Source: Rebecca billardiae RCC1528
Lineage: Eukaryota > Protista > Haptophyta
Reading direction: 5' to 3'
NCBI GenBank assembly: GCA_965240325.2
Contig: OZ251240.1
Coordinates: forward strand, 682,001-746,000
DNA: 64,000 bases
The notes under the pieces are model-generated. The model was given only the letters and a program-made list of their open reading frames with translations. It had not been told where the DNA came from and searched no databases. Below, piece after piece: positions 1 to 11,991 of the stretch. Within the stretch, counting starts at the first letter, position 1; every line of letters starts with the position of its first letter. The position numbers and the translations under genes are program-made.

Positions 1-1264
1 GCAGACGCAGGCGCAGGTGCACGCGCGCCCACAGGAGCTTGGAGCGATAGCAGCACACAGCGCGCATGCATGCGCACCGCATCATCAACCATCACGGCAC
101 CACTTCTTCTTCACGAGCGAGCGCGGCGTGCGTGTACCGTGAAGGTAGTTCTTGGAGTACTTGTCTGACTGGTCCACACTCAGGTAGTCGTCCCCATCTC
201 CGCCTGTGCGGTGCGCAGGGCGTGCGGGTGGCAGGCAGAGGCGTGAGCACGATCGCATCGGATGTGCAACTGCGCAAGCAGCAGCAGCAGCAGCCGTGCA
301 CTGCGCTACCCAGGAGGGCTCGACGCTGACGGACTGCAGCCAGGCAGTGCGCAGGCCGATCGCGACCGTCGATCGACCGATCGAGGCCGAGGGAACGCGC
401 GCGCACCGTAGAACGTGTTGTACGTGATGCCCTCGGCCCGTTTGCCCGCGTAGAGTCGGTCGTTGCCATCCTCTCCGTAGAACACGTTGAAGGCCCTGCC
501 TCCGTAATAAGTCCCCATATTGCCCGACACGTCAGGGCGTCCTTCGCCTCCCACAAAGACGTCGTTACCTGCACCGCCCTGCGTGCACGCGTGGGCATGT
601 ACGCGCGGCGCGCGTGAGGGGAATGGCAGCAGCAGAGGGTGGGCAGTGTCAGCATTGGCGCAGCAGGCAGGGGGACGCAGGGGCGCGTGTGACCGATGGC
701 GAGCTGGTGCATGTGTCTGCTGGCAAGCAGGCCGCGCGCAGGGGCACATGCAGCGCCGCTGGGACTGGCTGCGTCGCCCGCACATAGAAATAATTGAAGA
801 CGTCGCCGCCGTCGTATCCCATGAGGCCGTTCCAGCCCACCTTCCCGCCGTAGCCTCCCTGGAAGAAGTCGTCGCCGGATGTCCCCGTGTACGTGTTGGT
901 CCTATCCGCACCATCCTTCCCTGAGCCGCAGCAGTATTCCCCGCCGTCTTTGCCCGTGTACGTCACTTGAAGTGCGCGGCCGCGCCTGCGCAGCGCGTGC
1001 AGGCGACGACCAGCGGGCAAAGCACCGCAGGGGGGGGGCTCATCCGAGGCGCGGGCCCGCGGGCCTGCTGCAGCGCATCACGGTGGCTCGGCGCAGCGCG
1101 TACCACTGCTTCAGCGCGCGCATCCCCGTGGGGCTCGTCGGGCGGGGACGCCCCGCATGGCCCGGAGACGTCGCGGCGCGGTCGGCGACGGCGAGCGGCA
1201 GCATGCCACTCGCGAGGAGGACGAGCGCCCGCTGCACGGCGGCGCCGAATCCTGAGCTTCTCAT
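1..1264 (-). CDS. RTX/hemolysin-type Ca2+-binding-repeat-like secreted or surface protein, paralog 1 (multi-exon; 3' part runs out of the window)
   Basis: ATG at 1264 gives MRSSGFGAAVQRALVLLASGMLPLAVA (signal-peptide-like). Exons joined by GT-AG introns encode RGRALQVTYTGKDGG...GTSGDDFFQGG...FNYFY, GGAGNDVFVGG...GEDGNDRLYAG...NTFYG and GGDGDDYLSVD...NYLHG (GGxGxD repeats). Collinear with the gene at 49833-51993. Confidence 0.8.
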
Positions 1265-1307
1265 GGCGGCGTCGTGCACACCCTTGGTCGTGCAAGGCCT
1301 GGACACC

Positions 1308-2199
1308 GGGAGCCCGGCCCAGCCCGAGCGGCAGACCCCGCCAGCCGCCAAACCGGTCTCTGCTGGAGACCGTTTTCTCGGTGGCGCCACTGGCGCGAGC
1401 GCTCCCGGGGCTGTGCCGCCGCGCCGGCGGGGCTGCTGGCTCCGTTCGCCGCCAAGCGCCATGCCGGCCCCGCCCTGGAACGGCGCTGGCACACGAGACC
1501 GCGTACAGTACTGCGCGCCGTTGGATGCACTACGCAGCAGCTACGCTGTGCAGCGACTCGCGCGCTCCAACCTGTGGTGCCACGCGCTCGCGCGCTCGCG
1601 CGAACGCGTGTGTTCGAACGCACCTGTGCATGCTCGCACGCGAGAGGTCTGACTTGATGCCGACGAGCGTGGTGGCTCATGGCTCGCGAGAGGAGCCACA
1701 TGCCACACTCTTTCTCCCCGCCCCCGAGCCCTCTCTCGCGCGTGGCTGTGACAAGTACGCGCACGCACGTTCTGAGCGCCGCAGCGCAACATGGCGCGCT
1801 CACTCACACTTCGCGCGCACCATCTCCTGCCGCAGACGACCAGCCCGTGCGCGTCGCGCGCCTTGCCCGAAAGGTGTGCGAGCAGTAGACCCGAGCAGAT
1901 TGCCGGGCGCGCCGAGTAGTCTGCGCCCACGCCGCTGACCGGCGTGGGCGATGCAGGTTGGCGGCTCACCTTACTGTGCCGCTGGCCTCGGCGCAGCAGC
2001 CAAGTTTCCCGCGCGGCAGCCCTGGAGGTGCTTGGGGGCACGCGCTCGGCCGTGGAGGCGCCCGCGCAGGCAAAGTGCATAGCTGAGCAGCCGCGAGAGA
2101 GCGCGCAGCGCCCTTCCATGTCAAGCGCCTCGCTCATAGGCACGTTCAGCACGTCTCGGGGCAGTGCGCGCCCACGCGACGCTGCCGCGGAGCGCAAGT
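1308..2199 (+). mobile_element. Solo arm of foldback family Y (homologous to 47192-48100 and, inverted, 48480-49380)
   Basis: About 890 bp alignable by eye to both arms of the 47192-49420 element, including the GGTCTCTGCTGGAGACC hairpin. Confidence 0.85.
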
Positions 2200-2989
2200 T
2201 GCTGTGTGAGGGGAACGTCAGCGCGGCATTAAGCACGTCGCCGAGCCGCAAGTACCCTGGTGGCACAGTGGGCTGCGACCACTCGGACCTCCACTTGGAG
2301 GTATCCCAACTGTCGACGACGTCGCCGATCTGGTGACTGCGTAGCAGTGGGCATAACATACTACATCATATATATTACATTGGCATTGCTGATCATGCGG
2401 CGAACAAGGAACTCAAGTAGGACTGCTTGTTGCATGAGGGACGTCGCGGCGAGGACAGATGATGTCAATGAATGAATGATGTGATGATGTCGTCGCGCCG
2501 CCGAACGATCAGGCGGGGAGCCGGGCCACACAGACAGCCAGCGACCTTACTTACTGAGCAGAGGGGCTGCGGCCATCGCGGTGCACCTCCTGCAGCGCGG
2601 AGAGTGCACCGCTCAGTGACAGTCCGATGCAGGCGAAGGCCCCCTGCTCAGCTCGGCGCCTTCGTCGTGCGCAGCCCGATGGGGCGCCCAAAGAGCGAAC
2701 TGCGAAGCCTGCTGGCCCAGCTGAGCGGTAACCAACCGAGTCCTGCAGGTGCGCCGCTGTGGAGTGTGCGCGGGCCGGATTGGCAGCGCACCACTTGCAC
2801 CAGGACTCACGTGCGCGCGGCGGTGCGCGCCGGACAACGCAGGAATGCCATGCGAGCCGCCGGATTCTTGGCGGCGCTCATAGTAGTCGTAGACACTCAG
2901 TTCTAATAGATTCCATGCTATATATAGCTTGTATATCATCGCGGGCTATAACTCGTCGCCAGCACATTATCCATCGTCTATATCTATCT

Positions 2990-5022
2990 CACAGTGAACA
3001 AAAACGGGATTATCGTTACCGTAACCCGTCCGACACGAGCCGATTTTCGGGGAAATTCTCGCGCGGGCCGCACGAGCGCACAGAAGACGCTACGGTGGCC
3101 GCGCAGGCGCCTGACGAGTGCCCCGGGCATGGGACTGCAACATCCCACCCAGCCTCCCCATCCCTCCGCCCCTCTCTGCCTCGCCGGGTTGCACGCGGCT
3201 GGCCGGTCACGTAGCTCGTGGTGAGCCATTCGTGAGCGTGGAGCCCTGCTGCTCAGTGCGGCGATGCAGCGAGGCGAAGCGGCGCGTAAGATGGCGCATC
3301 TTACTCCGAATGCAGTCTGCTGCCAGCACAGCCGCCCTCGCCGGAGTGCCTGGTCGTCACCTCCGTTGTGTGCACCTGTCGCGCGCTGCTGTGAACAAGC
3401 GAAGTCTCAGGCCTCCCCGGAGCCATTCAAACACGCTCGTCCTCGACGAGGCGTGCGCGAGGCACCGCGCGAGCGCGGGAGCGGCCCTTCCTAGCATACT
3501 CCTGCACGGCCATCCACCTCGCCACAGCCTGCCATGTCACACTCCTCCCCGCACGCAGTGCTCGCATGCCGCGTGCAAGTCGGTCGACTGACCTGGTAGG
3601 AGGGTGCACAGAAATATTCGACTGCGAGGAGACGGCGGCGAGCCCACGCGCGCGGCGCCGTCCCGCGCTTCATTGGGCTGTTCTAGACCAGTCGCGCGCC
3701 CGCGGCACCGCGCCCGCCATCTCCGCGTTGCGTGCCAGTCCACGCCGCGCGCGTGGCTCTCGACGTGTGCGTCGAGGGCGTCGTGCGTCGGATTCGTACC
3801 CGCATGTATTCAACAAATACGACAAATCGCCGAGCTGAACGCACCTCGTCGCGCGATGGCATGGTCGCGCTGTGTGTTGTCGCTCGCCGCAGGAAATTCG
3901 GTACGCGACGAGAGCACGGCGCACGCGCACGGCGCGGCGTGGGAGGCGGGGCGGTGGTGTCCTCGAGCCATCCCGCCCGCGCCGCGGTGCGCCAGCCGCC
4001 ACCTCGCCGCGCCGTGGCCCATGCCGCGTGGCAGGTGTCGACCAGATCGACCTTGCCGCCCAACAGAGGGCCGCACCGGAAATTCTGTATTTGTTGAATA
4101 CAGACTTACCCACGTGCCCGCGATGCGGCGGCGCCCGTGGTGGCGGCGTGGCGCGGCGGCGGCGGCGCGGGCAGCCTGACGGGCCAGATAGGGCGCGCCA
4201 GGTCGGGGCGATCGTGATGGGATGGTTCCATACGCATCAGTGCGTGCTCCGGTGCATCTCAAGAGCGCGCTGGGCGCCCTCTCTCGCGCCTATGCCCATC
4301 CCGCGGGGTCTGAGAAGCCTCCCGGTTTGGCCATTGTCGTGCCGTGCTCGGTCGTGGCTGCCCGGCGGGTCGGAGAGGTCGAGGCGAGCCGGGTCGTTCG
4401 CGACGGACGATGCCTATGGGTCATGGCGAGTGCCAGCACGCAGCTCGGGCGCGCGCCCGGCGCCTCCTCGCCGCGCTACATCCACACCAAGATCTGGCCC
4501 AAAAACAGGCTTCAAGAGCGAAACTCAGTCTGGGAGCTGCTCAGGCCGCTGTGTGCGGTTTGGCGGCGTACAAACTTGTGGAGCGGGTGCCCACATGGGT
4601 TGAGCACAATGCTATAGAGCGTTTTTCCGCGAAACACCACTTCCTCGCCTCTCCGCGCGCGTGCCGTGCGGCTCCCGTGAACTCATCTTAACAGGTCACG
4701 TGTGGCCGCCCGTGGGGCGAGGGTGGGCGAGGAGGGGCGGGCGAGGGTGATGCCGCCCCGGGGAACCGCCTTGGCAAGCCGGCCGACGCCTCGCAGCCCC
4801 CCTCGCGGCACACATGCGCGCATGCCCGCCGCTCGGAGCGCGCCATCGATTCGAATGGGCGTGCCCACAACCGACCATGCTCAAACGGCTTCGGCCCGAT
4901 CTTTCTCCACTGTGGCGGCGCGAAGTGCCGCGAACGCGGCATGAAAAAAATTCCCCCGCATCCCCACTGGGCGGAAGTGCGGACGGGTTACGGTAACGCC
5001 GAAAATCGATTTCTTTACTGTG
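2990..5022. mobile_element. Non-autonomous TIR DNA transposon with CACAGT termini (EnSpm/CACTA-like or Transib-like)
   Basis: The left end CACAGTGAACAAAAACGGGATTATCGTTACCGTAACCCGTCCG and the reverse complement of the right end CACAGTAAAGAAATCGATTTTCGGCGTTACCGTAACCCGTCCG form imperfect ~43-bp TIRs. Both flanks are CTATCT (TSD of 2 or 6 bp within a TATC microsatellite). No convincing ORF. Confidence 0.7.
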
Positions 5023-5146
<124 letters not shown>

Positions 5147-5843
5147 AACTAATAATCCGAAGAGAATATATATAGCTTACTACAGTATTAATCACCCACT
5201 GCCCCAGGATTGGCAGGAATCACAGGATCCGGGCTCTGGTCGGACCGTGCTCGGCTGGCGTCACCGACCCGGACTGCCCAGTGGGCAGACGACAGTGTCA
5301 TCACTCATCAGTGACCCCGCGCCCTTCCGACGACGTTCCGTCGGCCGCGCCAACTTGAAACTGCCGCCTGATTCATGTCACTTACTCACTTCGGAGGCCT
5401 CCCCGCGGACGCTGCGGGTACGCGGCCCCGGCCCCGGGGCCGGATGGCTGCTCACGCTGCCGATCACGCAGAGTGCCGCTCCGTCGGCCAGAGGAATCAA
5501 CTCGTATCCATTGTCGTGCACGACAGGCGGGTGCCCCGCGCAAGCCACGCTGCAGCCGTCCACGCCCGCCCTGCATTCGCATGCCAGGCGGGCGATGGGC
5601 TGTGGCATGTCGCTGCACCGGCAGCGTGCAAAGCCGGCAGCGTGACGGCATCATGGGCCCGCTGCCTCGGCGGCTGATCTGGCGGACGCGAGGTCCCCTG
5701 CGAGACTGACGCCAGCTGGACCAGCTCAAGCCTCGACGCTGCGCGCGATGTCGAGCATCTCACAGTGAGGCCCAGCCGTCGCGGAGCTGCGAGAGCGCCT
5801 ACTTCCGGAGCGCGGCCGGCGAGCGAGCAGTGCGCAGCACGGT

Positions 5844-6146
5844 CTAGAACTCGTCGGGGCGAGCCGGCGCGTTGATCATAAAGCTGGCGGGCCAAGACCT
5901 CCACATCGCCTGCGCAGTCGCAACGTAGGCCAGGTAAAGCACGAGCCCCGAGATCGAGCCGACGAGCGAGCGCTGCGCGTACACGCGCACGCGCGGATCG
6001 CTTTCCGGCGGCACGCATCGTCGGTAGTGGAACCAGTTGACGAACCAGAGCCATGGGAGGCCGAGGAAGCCGGCAAAGAAGAGCATCCGGCACTCGCGCA
6101 GCTCCTGCGCGCGTCTCGCCTCGCTCGGGTCATCCTCTGCGGGCAT
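5844..6146 (-). CDS. PSENEN: Gamma-secretase subunit PEN-2 (presenilin enhancer 2)
   Basis: About 100 aa with CRMLFFAGFLGLPWLWFVNWF...RVYAQRSLVG, matching the PEN-2 pattern of two hydrophobic segments. Confidence 0.9.
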   Translation of the reverse strand: MPAEDDPSEARRAQELRECRMLFFAGFLGLPWLWFVNWFHYRRCVPPESDPRVRVYAQRSLVGSISGLVLYLAYVATAQAMWRSWPASFMINAPARPDEF

Positions 6147-6330
6147 GTCTCGCCGTCCCACCGAGTTTGTGCCCCCGCGCGACTCTGGCAGCTGCCGAGT
6201 CTCCAGTCTCGCGGCAGGGCCGGCTCTTGATCAAGTCAGCATGGCCGCCGCGCTCGCGTCGCGCTCCTGCTTGTAGAGTTTTAGGGCCACACGAGCCAGG
6301 CTTTCGGCGGCGCGCGCGCGCGAGGCGTCG

Positions 6331-7912
6331 ATGGCGGCCCGTCCGGATCCGCCGTCTCCACCGCCGGTGCGCGCCGTGCTCGTCGCCGAGTTCGACATCG
6401 ACAAGGGCAGCGTCGTGCGCGTGCAGCACCCGGCGCCGTTGGCCGCCGCACCCGACGCGCTCGCCGAGCTGATGCTGCCCGAGGGCGCGCACAACCACGA
6501 GGCGGACTGGACGTACTTTGCCGTGCGCCCAATGCTCAACCGCTCGCCCCGCGCCGACCGCCCCTTCGAGGTGCGCCTGTACGAGTATCGCGCGGCGGGC
6601 GGCGGCGAGGCGGCCGCACCCGACACCGCGGCGGAGGGCGAGTGGACGCCACGCGGCGACGAGCCGCTCTCGCTCTCGCTCGAGGTGGGCGGCGGCGGCG
6701 GCGGCGGCGCGGGGTCGCGCGCGCTCGTCCTCCGCGCCGGCCGCGCCGAGGCCCTCCGCGTGCCGCTCCACCCCGAGCTGCAGTACACGCTGCTGCAGCC
6801 AGATTTCATCTCGGCGTTTGGCGAGGATGGGCGCGCGCTCGGCATGCGCTTTCGGTCGGCGGAGGAGCAGCTGGCGTTCTCCGAGCTGCTGGCCGAGGCG
6901 ATGCCGGAGTGGGACGACCTGGAGGCCGCGCCGCACCCCGGCGGCGCGCACGCCGACGCCGAGCCGTCGGGCATGCTGTGGTGCATCAACCTCGTGTGCA
7001 CGCGCAAGGACCGATCGATCCGGCGCGGCGCCGAGGTGAAGGCGGTCGGGGTGGTCTCGGCGCTGCGCCAGCTGCACGTGTTCAAGGTGCGCGCGGGGGG
7101 GGGGGGGTGGCCAGGGAAGGGGCGCGTGCACGCCGCGCCGCGCGCCCGCTCCTCCACGCAGCCGGGCGGCGGGTGGGCGGCGGCGCGCACGCCAGCTGCC
7201 CGAGGCTGCCCGTGACGCTCGCCCCACAACGCACCGCCTGTGTCTGCGTGTGTGTCTGGTGACGCTCGCCCCACAACGCACCGCCTGTGTCTGCGTGTGT
7301 GTGTGGTGACGCTCGCCCCACAACGCACCGCCTGTGTCTGCGTGTGTGTCTGGTGACGCTCGCCCCACAACGCACCGCCTGTGTCTGCGTGTGTGTCTGG
7401 TGACGCTCGCCCCACAACGCACCGCCTGTGTCTGCGTGTGTGTCTGGTGACGCTCGCCCCACAACGCACCGCCTGTGTCTGCGTGTGTGTCTGGTGACGC
7501 TCGCCCCACAACGCACCGCCTGTGTCTGCGTGTGTGTCTGGTGACGCTCGCCCCACAACGCACCGCCTGTGTCTGCGTGTGTGTCTGGTGACGCTCGCCC
7601 CACATCGCACCGCCTGTGTCTGCGTGTGTGTCTGGTGACGCTCGCCCCACAACGCACCGCCTGTGTCTGCGTGTGTGTCTGGTGACGCTCGCCCCACAAC
7701 GCACCGCCTGTGTCTGCGTGTGTGTCTGGTGACGCTCGCCCCACAACGCACCGCCTGTGTCTGCGTGTGTGTCTGGTGACGCTCGCCCCACATCGCACCG
7801 CCTGTGTCTGCGTGTGTGTCTGGTGACGCTCGCCCCACATCGCACCGCCTGTGTCTGCGTGTGTGTCTGGTGACGCTCGCCCCACAACGCACCGCCTGTG
7901 TCTGCGTGTGTC

Positions 7913-7958
<46 letters not shown>

Positions 7959-10034
7959 CTGCGCTCACTGCCGGCGGGCCGCTTCGCCTGTGTGCGCGCG
8001 CGCGCGTGCGCTCAGCCGCTGCTCGTGCTCGCGATGGACAAGCTGCTCGCCGCCTCCGCCGAGGCGCACGCCTCGCAGGCGGCCGCCGCCGCCGCCGCCT
8101 CCGCTCAGACCGCGCCACAGCCGGGCGCGGACGCAGGAGGCGACGGCGGCGGCGCGCCGTGCTCCGAGGCTGCGGAGCCAACGTGCGCGCGCGCGCCATC
8201 TGGCGCGGCGCAGCCGGCCGACGGCGGCGGCGGTGGCACGTGGCGTGCCGCTGCGCGCGACGTGGCAGCGCAGCTGTACGACGCCCTACTCGCCATCGAC
8301 TTTGCGTCCGTGCCGCGGGTGTGCGCCTAGGGCGTCTGCGGTGCACGCGCCCGCCTCTGCACGGCTGCCTGCGCACGCGCGAGGGGCTGACCGCGCCGCG
8401 CGCCCCGCGCCCCGCGCGCCGCGCCGCGATCGCAGCCGAGCGCCGCACACGCCCAGAGCGTGCGGCTGCTCACGGCCGCGGGATCGCTCGCGCCGCCCAT
8501 GCCGCCCGCGCACGCGCTCACGGCGCTGTGGGACGGCCGACCCGTGCCTCTGAGCATGCCGCTGCTCTCGGCGCCGGAGGAGCTCGCGGACGCGCGCGCG
8601 AGTCTGATCGTGTCGACGTTCGGGCCTGCCACCGGCGCCATCCTGCGCGCGCTGCTGGCGGGGCAGAGGCTTCTCTTCATCTCGCAGACGCAGCGCGCGG
8701 CGGAGGTGTGCGCGCACGTGCTCGCAGCGCCTCTGCTGGTCTCGCCGCCTCTCGAGGGCGTGCTCTCGCGCTGCCACCCGTACGCCAACCTCACCGCCCT
8801 CGCCTTCCTGAGCTGCCCGGGCTTCGTCGCCGGCGTGACCAACCCGATGTTCGCCGCGCGGCGGGACTGGTGGGACCTGCTGTGCGACATCGACTCGGGC
8901 GCGGTGACGCACGCGGCGGGCGGCGGCGGCGGGGCGCACGGCGGGGGCGGCGGGCTCGGTGCCGCGGAGCGCGGCGCCGCGTCGCGCGCCACGCCGCCCT
9001 CCAGGCCGACGTGCGAGCAGGACTCTGGCGGCAGCCGCTCCGGACTCCTGACGAGCACCATGCTGGCAGCGGCGGGCAGCGCGCTTTCGCGCACCGCGCG
9101 CGCGGCGCGCGCGGCCGGCAGCGCGGCCGCGGGCGCGAGCGGCGCGGGCTCGGAGGCGGCGGCGTCGCCGCGCGCCCGCGGCCCGGCGCGCGCCTCGGCG
9201 GACGGCGCGCCCAACGCCGGCGAGGAGGGCGGCGCGGGCCGCGCGGCCGGGGGCGCAGCCGGCTGGGCGGACGACGGCGCGTTTGCGCACGCGCTGTGCG
9301 CAGGCGTCGCCGCCGGCCTGAGTGAGGCGTGGGTGCGCGAGATGTGCCGCGAGCGCGTGCGCGCGCTCATCGCCACCGCGGCCGTGGCCGTGCGCGCGGG
9401 CGGCGGGCTGCAGGGTGCCACCGCCGCGCGCGCGATGCAGCAGGCCGCGCGCACCGCCCGGAGCGCAGAGGCGCGCGCCGTGCTGCTCTGCGCAGCCTCC
9501 AACCCCGCGCTCTCGCGCGCGGTGCGCGCCGCCCTCGCGCCCGACGCGTCGGCGGCGGCCGAGGTCCGACTGGCCGTCACGCGCCTCACGCACGGCGCGC
9601 GCGACGCGCGCGCGCTCGCGCTCGGCGCGCCCGAGCACGGCGCGCGCGCGCTCGGCACGCCGGCGCGCGGCGCGTCGGACGAGGCCGGCGCCGAGCTCGG
9701 CGCCGAGCTCGGCGCCACGCCCGGCGGCGCAGCCGGCGGCGGCGCGGGCGTGCTCTCGGCAGGCGAGGCGTGCGACCTGCTGAGCGTGCTGCTGGGCGCC
9801 GCGTCGGATGAGCGGCTCCTTCCCGAGCTGCTGCGCGCGCTCGACGCGACCGTGCCCTCGGGCGCGCTGGCGCCCGTCGCGACCATGCTGCTCCACACCT
9901 CGCCCGAGGTGCGCGCGCTCACGGCGCGCGTGCTCCAGCGGCTCGAGGCCAGCCCCGACGCGCGGCCGTGCGTGCAGGCGCTCAACGCGTTCTTCGCCGT
10001 GGCGTACGAGATGCAGCTCAGGCTCGGCAGCTGA
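6331..10034 (+). CDS. Afi1/MesA-like protein (Afi1 docking domain plus SPA/DENN-like domain); exons 6331-7086, 8016-8318, 8436-10034
   Basis: N-terminal LVAEFDIDKGS..LAELMLPEGAHNHEADWTYF, then RRGAEVKA, HPYANL and PGFVAGVTNPMF..WWDLLCDI motifs. GT-AG introns preserve the frame. Confidence 0.85.
7212..7956. repeat. Intronic 47-bp minisatellite (about 15 copies) followed by (GT)n
   Basis: Unit GTGACGCTCGCCCCACAACGCACCGCCTGTGTCTGCGTGTGTGTCTG starts at 7212, 7259, 7306 ... 7870, with no spacers. Confidence 0.97.
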
Positions 10035-10814
10035 CTGCCGTCGCTCGGTGCTGGCACCGTGGAGAGGTGGCACGTTCAGTAGGCCGCCGTACACAGCCCG
10101 TCACGGTCTCGCAGGCCCAGGGTCCGTGGGACGGGCGGGCTGATGGGCCGCGGCCCTCAGCGGCGTTGAACGGAGCCGCCTCACCGGGCGGACCGCGGCG
10201 GCGCGGGCTGCGCGCGCGGCGCCCGGCGCGGACACGTAGTAATGGCCTAGCTCTGCTAAGTCGATCCGACGACACTCCGTCCCCGGCCGCGGGACGGGCC
10301 GGCGGGACGGCCGGGTGACGGGTCCGGCGGACTTATAATTGGCCGAGAGCGCACTACTACTAGCAGCATCAGCTCAGGCTTGTCGTATCGACTCGATTCC
10401 GCGGTATTAGGCCTCCGGCAGTCGGCTCGCGGACTCCGGGACCGAGCCCGGAACACTCTATGGCCTGCGACAGTCGTGCTGCCCGTACCATAGCATGTTA
10501 ATACTGTCAGTCCTAGCTGACTGACAACGACGATGAGGGCGCGTTGCCATCAGCACCTTAGTCTCAGTGGCCACGCGCCACTCTGACTCCGCGGACCGTT
10601 GACCGCGGGAAGCCACTGCGGTAACAAGTCAGGCCGTAGTCACCGGCGCGGTCACGTAGGTGGCACGACGTAACGGCCGGCGCAGCCAACCTATCGGCTG
10701 AGGGGGCGTTGTGCTCGCAAGATATGAAAGTCAGGTCGGGTGGACATCCGAGGACCAGCGCGGGCACAGGGGAGGGAGATGGTACGTGTGTGGACACCGG
10801 GGACAGGTGGCCGC

Positions 10815-11105
10815 CTATTCGCGCGTGCCGCCCTGCTGCTCAACCATGACGTCGATGGCGTCGCCGTCCTCCATGTCCAGATCCTTTGGCGTTTGGTCGG
10901 GTGTGATGCGGTTGCCATCGAACAGGAAGCGCACAGCCTGCATGGTCACGCCCTGGCGCTTGCAGAAGGCGTCCATGAGCTTGCTCAGCTTCGTGGACAT
11001 CTTGCACTTGAAGAAGATCTCGTTGCCGTCCTGCGTGGCGACCTTCAGGTTGATCGTGGGCTCGTTGTCACCCTCGTCCTTCGGCTTCGTCTCCTCCGCG
11101 GCCAT
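10815..11105 (-). CDS. SUMO: Small ubiquitin-like modifier SUMO/Smt3
   Basis: [18 protein letters not shown]...[10 protein letters not shown]...[31 protein letters not shown], with di-Gly followed by a short propeptide. Confidence 0.97.
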   Translation of the reverse strand: MAAEETKPKDEGDNEPTINLKVATQDGNEIFFKCKMSTKLSKLMDAFCKRQGVTMQAVRFLFDGNRITPDQTPKDLDMEDGDAIDVMVEQQGGTRE

Positions 11106-11415
11106 GGCTCCCCTTGTCCTGGACCTGCAACGACCGCGCGCTCCCTTCGCGACACCTTCGTGACACCCGCTTGCCGCTGGTGGCGTGTCCTACAAGCACT
11201 GGTCGTGGGAGACCAACCGCGCGCGCGCGAACCGTGACCGCCGCTACTGGTCTTTTGCCATGTCCGGTCCGGATGTACGTCCGGGACTCCGGGCCCTCCC
11301 CAGTCCCCAGCCCGGTGCCTCTGGTGCTGGAAGGCTTGAAAGGGAGCGGTGGCGGCCGGCTCCCCAGCTTGCGCCACAAGGTGAAGCTCGCGGCCGCTCT
11401 CCGCGCCGGCGGAAC

Positions 11416-11991
11416 ATGCTTAGCGTCGTGCTGGCGGTTGCATCAGCTGGTTGCGAGCCTGGCGTGCGGCCTCCCGCGACAGAGCCTGCGCTGGTCGCGC
11501 GCTGGCTCGCGGCGTCCACGTCGTGGGGCGTCGTCGCCACGACGTCGCCCAAGCGCGGTGGTGCGGCGTGGGGCAACGTGCAGAGCGTCGCTGACAATTG
11601 CACGGGGATCCCCTACTTCTACCTCTCGCCGTTAGACGAGACCGCGCGCGACATCGCCCTCGAGCCACGCGCGAGCCTGACCCTCGCCGAGGCCTCGATC
11701 GCGGGTCGATGCGTGCGCACCGACCCAGAGGACCCAACGTGTGCGAAGCTCTCGCTGCACGGCCGCATTGTCGAGGCGCCGGACCAGAAGGCCGCGCTGG
11801 CGATTTTGCTGGAGCGGCACCCGTCAATGCGCGGCTGGCCCGTGGACCATGGCTTTCGCGCGTTCAAGATGGAGATCAGTGACGTGTTCGCACTAAGCGA
11901 TTATGGTGGCGCGCACCCCATCTCTGTCGCTGACTATCTGGCCAAGGTGTTGAAGCCAGCACCCGAATCATCACGGACCATATCATCATGA
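11416..11991 (+). CDS. CREG: CREG1-like protein (pyridoxamine 5'-phosphate oxidase-like fold), secreted
   Basis: Hydrophobic leader; ARWL...WGVVAT, GIPYFYLS, DPEDPTCAKL and RHPSMRGWP.DHGF...DYGG motifs. Confidence 0.85.
   Translation: MLSVVLAVASAGCEPGVRPPATEPALVARWLAASTSWGVVATTSPKRGGAAWGNVQSVADNCTGIPYFYLSPLDETARDIALEPRASLTLAEASIAGRCVRTDPEDPTCAKLSLHGRIVEAPDQKAALAILLERHPSMRGWPVDHGFRAFKMEISDVFALSDYGGAHPISVADYLAKVLKPAPESSRTISS

Noticed and set aside
2200-2360. Vps62-like peptide PPGYLRLGDV on the minus strand
   Set aside because: Only about 10 residues of similarity and no supportable gene structure.
2990-3010. True RAG recombination signal sequence or ProtoRAG element
   Set aside because: The heptamer and nonamer-like motif are separated by 1 nt, the right end lacks the nonamer, the flanks do not give a 5-bp TSD, and there is no RAG/Transib ORF.
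7212-7910. CRISPR-like array
   Set aside because: The units are contiguous and near-identical with no unique spacers, lie inside a eukaryotic intron, and have no cas genes nearby.
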